Source: Octopus sinensis (Eukaryota). Taken from it: a stretch of 7,889 nt of DNA. Below are positions 1 to 7,676 of the stretch, one piece after another (within the stretch, counting starts at the first letter, position 1; each line of letters opens with the position of its first letter). The stretch is from the NCBI RefSeq assembly GCF_006345805.1, contig NW_021828686.1, positions 1 through 7,889 on the forward strand, in the 5' to 3' direction. The position numbers and the translations under genes were made by a program. The notes under the pieces were generated by a model. The model searched no databases. It was not told the origin of the DNA and worked only from the letters and a program-made list of their open reading frames with translations.

Positions 1-28
1 CCGGGGTCGTTACAAAGATAGATGCAAA

Positions 29-49
29 GCACACACATACACACACACA
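29..49. repeat. short (CA)n microsatellite
   Basis: gcacacacatacacacacaca seen directly. Confidence 0.8.
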
Positions 50-114
50 GTAAAATTTTATCTCATGAAAAATTATTTTATGCAAGGTCATTTTCCTTTA
101 TCAAGGCGGGGGTG

Positions 115-178
115 GGGGTCCGCGAAACCTCGAAATAATCGGAGATGGTCCGTAAGAAGAAATTTTGAGGAACCAAGG
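115..178. mobile_element. possible terminal fragment of a non-autonomous hAT-like DNA transposon
   Basis: Two GGTCCG motifs (ggggtccgcg, atggtccgta) are followed by aaattttgaggaaccaagg. This resembles the 'ggggtcc...aaaagtttgggaaccactg' ends of many hAT MITEs (recalled pattern). No partner end is visible in the window. Confidence 0.3.
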
Positions 179-807
179 CCATAGCCATTGGATATTTAAA
201 AAGCTAGTTTTATAGAAACATAGTTCAAAATACCTATTTTGTTTTTCACACATTCAATTGTAAAAGTAGAATGTTAGAGAAAGAATCTTAGCTGGGGTTT
301 TTCTTTTTTGCAATACATACAAATACATAGATCTAAAGCAAAATTTTTTCAGAGGCTTTTACAATACTGCTGTAGATCCCCAACTTATTATTTTGTTGTC
401 AAAAATCTTATATGAACGCTCAGGCGCTATATAGACCTTCATGGGCCTTATAGGACTGGGTGGGATCCACTATTGTGGTGAGACAAACAGGGGTTAATTT
501 TATTGCACGGTAATAATAATGGTAAAACAAGAGAGAATTCAATCTCTATGTCGAAGTAAGAATGTAATATATAATAAAATGTAAATCAAACATTCATTTT
601 AAATTCCCTGCGTTAGAAAATCGGCAGACGGGCTGATGGGAGAGATACCGATCACAATCCTTACTTATCACTGTCCAGTGATTTTGTAATTTATGTTTTA
701 ATCCCCCATTTCCGATCTCCACATTTAAGCTTGCTTAATACATTTATCCTTGTAACCAACTAGAATAAGTTTTAGTATTCCTACCTAAATCTAGTTTCCT
801 GTTTAAG

Positions 808-889
808 ATGTCTGCCTCTAGTGAGGATGAGTTGTTTCTCGTGGTTGCAACGAGCAGTAAACTTTATTATGGATATGTGTCCTATGCAT
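808..889 (+). CDS. candidate internal exon of an unidentified host gene (82 nt)
   Basis: Preceded by gtttcctgtttaAG (806-807) and followed by GTGAGT (890-895). Two frames are open: MSASSEDELFLVVATSSKLYYGYVSYA or CLPLVRMSCFSWLQRAVNFIMDMCPMH. No protein family recognised. Confidence 0.25.
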
Positions 890-1196
890 GTGAGTATATT
901 GGTGATGTCAGCCACTTCCTAGCATTTGAGGAATCTACTCACCAATTCAATAAAAATAACTTTCTGCATCTTTTTGAAAGAAGGGACGTTTGGAATAAGA
1001 AAGAACCACTATAATTATGCGCTTTTAGGACTCTGAGAAACATGGTTGCATTCAATAATGACCAATACCAGCTATTGAAACGGAAAACGAGAAGAATTCA
1101 AACCAATAAATTCTTCTTGAAACGTTCATTGGACTACAATATGCAATAAGTTATTGCGAAGAACTTCATCAAACCGAACCGGAAAATGGTTATAGC

Positions 1197-1537
1197 CTTC
1201 TATTCTTTTCTTGTTTTAGTCATCTCACTGCGGCCATGCCGAAGCACCTATTTTAGTCGAGCAAATCGACTCCAGGACTATTACTTATTCTATCAGTCTC
1301 TTTTGCAGAACTGCCAAGTTACGGAAACGGGGACGCAAACACACAAGCGATTGTGGGAGACAAACAGAGACACAAATATACGAAGGGCTATTTTCAGTTT
1401 CTGTCAACCAAATCCACTCATAAGGTCAGCCCGAAGCTATAGTAGAACACACTTGACCAAGGTGCCACACAGTGGGACTGGACTCGGAACCATATGGTTG
1501 GGAAGCAAATTTCTTACCACACAGCCATGCCTGCGCC
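1197..1537 (-). mobile_element. tRNA-derived CORE-like SINE (octopus OR-type), near full length
   Basis: Reverse complement starts ggcgcaggcatggctgtgtggtaagaa (A-box-like TGGCTGTGTGG), then ggttccgagtccagtccc (B-box-like), a CORE-like ggcaccttggtcaagtgtgttctactatagc, a central tgagtggatttggttgacagaaactgaaa, and a tail gatagaataag...ggagtcgatttgctcgactaaa...gcatggccgcagt...aaaacaagaaaagaatag. It matches my recollection of an abundant octopus SINE; the family name is unverified. Confidence 0.85.
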
Positions 1538-2013
1538 TAAGGAAAACAAATACTGGAAACTTTTATAAGATAATCTATATTTACATGACAAATATAGTAT
1601 CATAAGAAACATTAGGTGGAAATTTTAGAGGAAGAATTTAAGATTAGTATAAAATACAGAATGAATCCATTCTTTATCAAATACAAACTATATTTATGTC
1701 TTAGATAGAAACACTTAATACAGATCAATAATTACCAATAATTTTAAAATATCATGTTATATATTTTAATTATGGTGTATTTTATTTATGGACGTCTAAT
1801 GATATATTATTATATTCATCGCTATATGACAAAGCTGTCAAATTAAATTAAAAGATAATTTATATGTAAAAAAGATATCTAAGAATATATATATGTATCG
1901 TTCGCCTCTTTGCTTCAGCAATATAATATCTCTTGGTTTATTTTTAGGTTCGGAAAGAGAGGCGCAGATTATTTATTACTACTGTATTATCTTGTAGCAT
2001 CTGGAACGTCTTT

Positions 2014-2178
2014 GTTAGCAGACTCGCCATGAAGTCGGGAAAAATGTTTAATACGTTTTGTATTCTGAATCCATATTCCACCGAGGTTGATTTCACCTAT
2101 TATCCTTTCGGAATCTCTGAAATTAGTACCAAATTAGCAGTGGGCAAGATTTTATCGACTATCCCACCCCCCATCCCC
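2014..2178 (+). mobile_element. old, diverged copy of the plus-strand tRNA-derived SINE family (OK-like)
   Basis: Colinear with the copies at 4779 and 5010: gttagcagactcg...cgggaaaaatgttta...ttccaccgaggttgatttcacctattatcctttcgg...aaattagtacca...gattttatcgactatccc. Confidence 0.65.
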
Positions 2179-2361
2179 ACTACAACTACGGCCTTTGCGT
2201 CAAGCTTTTACACCATTTTCTGAAAGATTATTTCCACCTGAAAACCAAAACTTTACTCTGTTAATTTCGAAGTCGTTGATTCGCAAATTATTTAATATGA
2301 TTTCTCGAAGGACCATAATCCATTAATGCGGAGAAATACTATTTTGCTTATTATTTTGTTT

Positions 2362-2408
2362 CTGGAGAAAATACTATTATCCGAAACGTCAGAGCGATTT
2401 ATTCTCAA
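2362..2408 (+). repeat. dispersed repeat copy 1 with a degenerate hammerhead-like core (ctggaga...tccGAAAcgtc)
   Basis: Shares the exact 14-mer attatccgaaacgt (2376-2389) with 5685-5698 and has similar downstream sequence. Confidence 0.35.
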
Positions 2409-2559
2409 TAAGGTATTATTATGTAATTAGTACTTCTCTATTTGTTTAAATACTCTTTAAATCTGGAGTTATCATCGAACACTACCGGGCAATTCTTCAT
2501 GTTTATGGTTGAGTGAATTTATAGATGTAGTTTCACGTACATATACATACATATATATT

Positions 2560-2837
2560 TCTGGTTCATAAGGGCCGGTTTACCGGTTTCTTGGCGTATG
2601 GATTCCCCACCTGGTCGGGACACCGGTCGTTGCAGGTAAGCTGCAAGATGCAGGAGGAAAGAGTGGCAGAAGGTTGTAGCGAAAGAGTCAGCAGAAGTTC
2701 GCCATTACCTTCTGCCGGAACCGCGTGGAGCTTAGGTGATTCGCACATAAACACACACATTGCCCGGTCTGAGATTCGAACCCCTGATCCTTCGACCGCA
2801 AGTCCGCTGCTGTAACCACTAGGCCATGTGCCTCCAC
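2560..2837 (-). mobile_element. tRNA-derived SINE, second family, near full length
   Basis: Reverse complement begins gtggaggcacatggcctagtggttacagcagcggac, with A box TGGCCTAGTGG (2816-2826) and B box GGTTCGAATCT (2772-2782). These are followed by a non-tRNA body and the tail ctgcaacgaccggtgtcccgaccaggtggggaatccatacgccaagaaaccggtaaaccggcccttatga, ending next to a TA-rich stretch. Confidence 0.85.
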
Positions 2838-3024
2838 GACGCTGCCTCGTAGTTACCATCCATTACATTCAGTAAATGCCAACCTTGCATTTCATTCAAT
2901 CAGCTTCGGTAATATAAATTACCAATCAAGCACTAAGATCATTCTTATTTTTGCAAGCGCTCACTTCAAATTTCTGGACCTCTGCATATATTAGAAAAAC
3001 TCATTAAACTGTTACATAAGTACG

Positions 3025-3192
3025 ACGGATAGGAACGCTAGGGCCTCGGACGAAATGCTTAACAATGATTATTGAAAGTCTTACGTATAGAGTTCAAATC
3101 CAACCGAGGTAAATTCGAATTTCATCCAGTCAGAAACCATTCAGTAAATAACTATATACGTTACTTGAGTCGATATATTGCTTGAGTCCCTT
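3025..3192 (+). mobile_element. diverged copy of the plus-strand SINE family (OK-like)
   Basis: ggaacgctagggcctcggacgaaatgcttaac...B box gagttcaaatcc (3090-3101)...aaccgaggtaaattcgaatttcatcc...tacttgagtcgatatattg is colinear with the other copies. Confidence 0.6.
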
Positions 3193-4198
3193 CTTACGTC
3201 GTGCCTGATTGATAAGCCATGATTTGGCGAACAAGGTTTTACAGTTATGTTGTAATACAACCAGGAAGAGAATATTATCTCGAGATGCTGAAACTAATTG
3301 GTGCATATATTTGCTGATATGCAAATTGAAGCGGTATTTGGAAAGCTTAATCGATATATTAGCGTTAAGGATATTAATATATATCTCTTGTTTGTGATTG
3401 AATTTCTCTCTTGAGATCTTTCCAAATCCATTACTCTGTTGAGATTATCTTTTTTTCACGTCAATTGTAAAAGCTTATTCACAACATTTTAGTTCAATAA
3501 TAACTCGTGTAGATTGAAATTTGCGTCTTTAGTTTTCATGATAGGCATTTAATTTGTTTCTCTAATTAGATTTATATGAATGAGGGTTATTTTATATTAT
3601 CGAAGGCGTCCGCTACTAATCGTCATAATTCACCCGTTATTGACTGAAGCCTGTATAAATAGTAATTGAATATTTCCGTCACTCTCAGAAATTTCCTCTG
3701 ATAACATACGTTGCTATCAACTTAATGTAAGTACATACCATAATGTAGAGGAAACAGAATCCTCCCGACCGTTTATGCATATAATGAGTGCATAATTATT
3801 GGGGGATACCAAGGAGAATCGGTATTTCGTAAACGTAATCGATTTTTGCATTTGGACTTATACTACATTTACTCTGCAAGATGCAATTTCTGTTGGAATT
3901 TTTCCTGTAGTTTACGTGGCCAGTTTTTGAGGTGTTACTTTACCGATTGAAACATGGTGCTTTCGCTTCCAGGAGCAGACGAGGCGTTGCGTACTGGAAC
4001 AAAACATTTCATTTCACGTTCCTCAGCCTTCATTTCAACATTTGACCTTATGGCATACCATACAACTGTACGTGAAATGCGGAATTTGTGGAGATGGAGG
4101 GACCTAACGCACAACATGAATATTTGATCACAATAAACCAATCCTCAGCTGCCCCGTCACCTGCCGTCTACAACTAGTGTGTCCTCCAGGTATTTGCT

Positions 4199-4260
4199 AC
4201 ATACACATAAATACATGCATACATATATATATATATTATATATATAATATATATATATAC

Positions 4261-4299
<39 letters not shown>

Positions 4300-4351
4300 T
4301 ATATATACACATGTATATATGTACCTAAATATATATATTAATATATATATA

Positions 4352-4384
<33 letters not shown>

Positions 4385-4385
4385 A

Positions 4386-4445
<60 letters not shown>

Positions 4446-4500
4446 CATACACATATATACATACGCACAAACAATCACACACACACGCGCACACACACAT
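4199..4500. repeat. compound (TA)n/(CA)n microsatellite, about 300 bp
   Basis: Direct reading. It accounts for the YI-repeat ORFs at 4174-4584, 4319-4657 and 4338-4547. Confidence 0.95.
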
Positions 4501-4778
4501 ATCAGAGTTTTGGTGTGCATGTGTGTGCTCATGCGTTTTAAATTCACTCCACTGTAAAATTATCTTCAGGACATTGTGCTTCAATATTTATAATCTCACT
4601 TTGAAATTTATCTTCATTACTAAAGACGTGCGACGCATATTTCCATTACTAAGTTGATATGCACAGAGCCCCGTTTCATACTGTTGGACGCCCCCAAATA
4701 ATCTTACTCGTTCAGTTGTTACAGAACGACATCCACGGTTGTACTTGCAATCATGTATTATTATTTTTCTATTTTAAA

Positions 4779-4997
4779 GGGCGGCGAGTTGGCAGAAATG
4801 TTATCGTGCCTGGAAAATGCGTAAAGATATTTCTTCAGTGTACACACACTAAGTTCAAATTCCACCGATTTCGACTTTTCCCTTCATCTTTTGGCGTCGA
4901 TAAATTAAGTACCAGTTGAGTACTGGGGATCTATGTAATGGAATATGCCCCCACGCCCAAATTCAGACCTTGTGCCTATTATAGAAAGAATTATTAT
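4779..4997 (+). mobile_element. tRNA-derived SINE (OK-like family), full length
   Basis: ggcggcgagttggcagaaatgtta (A-box-like), aagttcaaattcc (B box, 4851-4863), central ccgatttcgacttttcccttcatcttttggcgtcgataaattaagtaccagttgagtactgggg, tail ...cttgtgcctattatagaaagaattattat. Confidence 0.85.
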
Positions 4998-5009
4998 ATA
5001 TGTATCTTA

Positions 5010-5226
5010 AAGGTCAGCGAGCTGGCTGAGTCGTTAGCGCGTCGGGCAAGATGCTTAACAATATTTCGTCGTCTGCACATTCTGAGATTAAATTCTGCCG
5101 AGTTCGATTCTGCCCTTCATCGTTTCGGGATCGATAAAATACTTATCAGTGGACTGGGGGCGATGTAATTGACTATGCCCTTCCCCCAAATTTCAGGTCA
5201 TCTTCTTATAGTGCAAAGGATTAATT
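5010..5226 (+). mobile_element. tRNA-derived SINE (OK-like family), full length, directly downstream of the previous copy
   Basis: aaggtcagcgagctggctgagtcgttagcgcgtcgggcaagatgcttaac...aaattctgccgagttcgattctgcccttcatcgtttcgggatcgataaaata...actgggggcgatgtaattgactatgccc...ttatagtgcaaaggattaatt. It aligns end to end with 4779-4997. Confidence 0.85.
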
Positions 5227-5671
5227 CTTTACCTTACTTAAAATGTTACAGCGCACGTTATTATCGGCCTGTTAGAATGGCGATTCTTTGCAAATTCAAC
5301 CTTGATATGTCCTGGCAGATTCAGGTGCAAATATGTTATTCGCTGTTGTGTATGCCACAGGAGAACACCTCTTCCCATTTTACATTGACAAAACCCTCGG
5401 CTTATTGGCGCAGTGGATTCAGGGATTCCTCATGTTGTATTTTGTGTTGTGCCTTGTCAGCATACTATCCTTCGAATATTTTGCTATGCAGGGCGAATTG
5501 TACAAAGGACAAATCACGATTATTTTACAAGTTTTTCATAGCTAGCATAACAGTATACAACTCCTTTATTTCTGTACATCATCTTTTTAGATCCCTTCTT
5601 TTTGTCCCTTCTAGTTGGGATAAGGCCATAGTCTACTGAGAAAGAAATACATTCTGTTTCATGTCAAGTGA

Positions 5672-5720
5672 CTTGACGAAGAACATTATCCGAAACGTTC
5701 CAGGCTACATTATTTTTCTC
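5672..5720 (+). repeat. dispersed repeat copy 2 with a degenerate hammerhead-like core (ttgacga...tccGAAAcgttc)
   Basis: Exact 14-mer attatccgaaacgt (5685-5698) shared with 2376-2389. Confidence 0.35.
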
Positions 5721-6009
5721 GCTTTGTCAAGTATTCGACCAGGAAATGTAGAATGTTATTGACGCTTATACATTGTGTTAGAGGTGAAGAGTTAATTAAA
5801 ATGTCGAATAAATTTTATCGTTTTTGATATTAACATTGTTGTTTCTCAGATTTTTCTACGTCCATAAATTGAATTTCAAAATTCAATTCAGCAAATTATC
5901 GTTCAATTTTCACTTAAGATTTGTTATAATTAGATTTCACGTTGATAATTACAATTACAAAGAAAAGGATAAGTCCTATTTCCTAAGTGTTGATGCTTCC
6001 ACTTTACAA

Positions 6010-6043
<34 letters not shown>

Positions 6044-6060
6044 GTATTAGTATTATTATT
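6010..6060. repeat. (ATT)n / (TAA)n microsatellite, probable 3' tail or target of the LINE
   Basis: Direct reading. It abuts the putative 3' UTR of the minus-strand LINE. Confidence 0.9.
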
Positions 6061-6172
6061 AAAGTAATGGGAAACAATTCCTAACATCGGGCTACAACGA
6101 GTATCATTATATGCTAAGAGCCTTCCCATGTATCCTAGCTGTACCTAATGATACTGTTGCGTTATTGTGTTT
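6061..6172 (-). mobile_element. 3' end of an R4/Dong-clade non-LTR retrotransposon (last ORF codons, stop, about 46-nt 3' UTR)
   Basis: Minus frame 6172->6107 reads KHNNATVSLGTARIHGKALSI*. This matches the recalled C-terminal motif (L/M)QKTxLLGTARILRKVL* of R4/Dong restriction-like-endonuclease LINEs, and it is followed by (AAT)n. Confidence 0.7.
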
Positions 6173-6258
6173 GTTCAATTTCCGCCGAGGTCAACTTTGC
6201 CTTTCATCCTTTCGGGTTTGATAAACTAAATACCAGTGAAACACTGGAGTCCATGTAC
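6173..6258 (+). mobile_element. internal fragment of the OK-like SINE lacking head and tail
   Basis: gttcaatttccgccgaggtcaactttgcctttcatcctttcgggtttgataaactaaataccagtgaaacactggagtccatgtac aligns with the central region of 4779-4997 and 5010-5226. Confidence 0.85.
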
Positions 6259-7003
6259 ATTTTCTTTATCCACCTATTTTTAGTTTCATTCTTTCTCAAG
6301 TGATTGTATAGTGTTTTATTTTGCAATCTTCCATGCTATACAAGCCTGATTTTCTTACTTCCAATAATAGCGGTTCTGTGGCATTTCTTACATACCATGC
6401 TATTTTAATTTTTATTCTTCTCTCATGCTGTGTTCACATCCAGTCAGTCCTCTTCCCCTTCTTTTTCTTGGCACATACATTGTGTCTGTTTCACTTTTTG
6501 TCTTTCTGACTAAGCTGTTAACTTTGTCTACAGTCCATGCGATTACCCCTGTTCCACATCAAAAGAGTGAAACCACCCAGGTGTTGACAGCTTCAATCTT
6601 AATCCGTCCTTTTAATTTCGACTTAAGGATCAGTTTCAGTCTGTGCAAGTACTCCACCTAAAAGTATTCTGTCATTTCTTTTTCCATCAATTTAGTCATT
6701 TCTAATATTCCATGTTGTTATAGCCCTTCTCTTCTCTCTGCTTCATAACCTCCCCAACGGCATCGCTAGCCCGTCCATACATTTAATTTTGCCTGTCTTC
6801 AAAACATCACACTTTTTCAGTCCGAAGTCCATTCTGATATAAGTACTGACAGTATACAGAGTATCAACAGGGGAACTGACTTGGGATTCAACTTTACCGT
6901 AAAGTTTAAGGTCATCCCTTAATAACAAGAGGTTAACTTCTTGTTGGTGGCTCTTCAATACATACCCAGCCTTTGTGTCCCTTAGAATCAGTGTTAGTGT
7001 TAT
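6251..7003 (-). pseudogene. decayed reverse transcriptase (YxDD region, thumb and downstream) of an R4/Dong-clade LINE
   Basis: Hand translation across stops and frameshifts gives LTLILRDTKAGYVLKSHQQEVNLLLLRDDLKLYGK...MDFGLKKC; EYLHRLKLILKSKLKGRIKIEAVNTWVVSLF*CGTGVIAW; RKTK/SETDTMYVPRKRRGRGLTGCE; IAWYVRNATEPLL; NRWIKKM. These match recalled R4/Dong motifs (INHLLFMDDLKLY, EFGLEKC, KSKLNGRNKIxAINTWAV, LYVPRKEGGRGL). Confidence 0.85.
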
Positions 7004-7147
7004 ATTGGAAGAAAGGGCCTGAAATTGCTAATGGAGGAACTGAAACAGCCTCTCGTTGCAAATAAAGCAAAGAGGTTAAGATACGACCAAAGCCTGAAGG
7101 GATACCAGGAGAATAGGCTATACAGAGTAGATCAGAAGAAATTGTTA
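6998..7147 (+). pseudogene. inverted N-terminal ORF fragment of an R4/Dong-clade LINE
   Basis: Plus frame 7001-7147 reads YIGRKGLKLLMEELKQPLVANKAKRLRYDQSLKGYQENRLYRVDQKKLL. This matches the recalled pre-RT motif EELKQRIxAxAxKxxRYxxRxxQYRQNRLFxxDQKKFY. It is on the opposite strand to the RT fragment. Confidence 0.7.
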
Positions 7148-7200
7148 TAATTATTATTATAATTATTATTATTATTATTGTTACTATTATTAATATCATC

Positions 7201-7231
<31 letters not shown>

Positions 7232-7287
7232 TTATCACTATTATTATTATTATTATTATTATCATCATTATTATTGTTATTATTATT

Positions 7288-7330
<43 letters not shown>
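7146..7330. repeat. compound (ATT)n to (ATC)n trinucleotide microsatellite
   Basis: Direct reading: interrupted ATT repeats to about 7287, then pure ATC repeats. It explains the poly-M/I and poly-D/N ORFs. Confidence 0.95.
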
Positions 7331-7372
7331 AGAACATAATGTTTTCGATGACTCAACATATTTTCCATTCAG

Positions 7373-7415
7373 ATATCACCATCTCCTTACATACAAGAAA
7401 TATCTCAGATTCGTG
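7373..7415 (+). CDS. candidate 43-nt exon of an unidentified gene
   Basis: Acceptor atattttccattcAG (7371-7372) and donor GTG|GTGAGG (7416). All three frames are open. No homology recognised. Confidence 0.2.
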
Positions 7416-7627
7416 GTGAGGAATGGCAGAACTATTAAATCCATCCTTGATGAATGACAGCGATTTAATAGAATAAATTGTTCCCAGTCTATATTTTGGT
7501 AACATTCTGTCAAATTCTGAAGTGTCCATTTCTTACCAATCTACATTACTTATATCCTTATCACATAGAGTCATATTCATTTATGTGTGAGCACGCATAT
7601 ACGTACAAGCACAAATATATGTGCAAA

Positions 7628-7628
7628 T

Positions 7629-7676
<48 letters not shown>

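Noticed and set aside
105-120. G-rich run as a G-quadruplex
   Set aside because: Only two long G tracts, and it probably belongs to the putative transposon end.
633-655. ctgatgggagagataccgatcac as a third hammerhead-like core
   Set aside because: GAAA is missing and no stem I pairing could be found.
667-682. Palindrome ATCACTG-tc-CAGTGAT (also GTCAAG-tga-CTTGAC at 5663-5677 and cgcctct/agaggcg at 1903-1964)
   Set aside because: Inverted repeats of 6-7 bp are expected by chance in 7.9 kb.
1186-1605. 139-aa ORF
   Set aside because: Mostly the antisense reading of the SINE at 1197-1537.
2766-2837. tRNA gene on the minus strand (clear A and B boxes)
   Set aside because: It continues into a 200-bp non-tRNA body and tail, and I see no clean acceptor stem or poly-T terminator. 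It is the head of a SINE.
2566-2859. Overlapping ORFs 2566-2859 (-) and 2591-2815 (+)
   Set aside because: Both lie almost entirely inside a GC-rich SINE and show no protein motifs.
4174-4657. YI/HT-repeat ORFs
   Set aside because: Translations of (TA)n/(CA)n microsatellite.
4659-5168. ORFs 4659-4919 and 4938-5168
   Set aside because: They run through the SINE pair and show no coding signature.
5169-5639. YYRPV...SGFR in the 156-aa ORF as a CR1/L2-type RT motif
   Set aside because: The spacing and intervening residues do not fit NYRPISLL...QxGFR, and no further RT motifs follow.
6933-7368. Poly-M/I and poly-D/N ORFs
   Set aside because: Translations of the ATT/ATC microsatellite.
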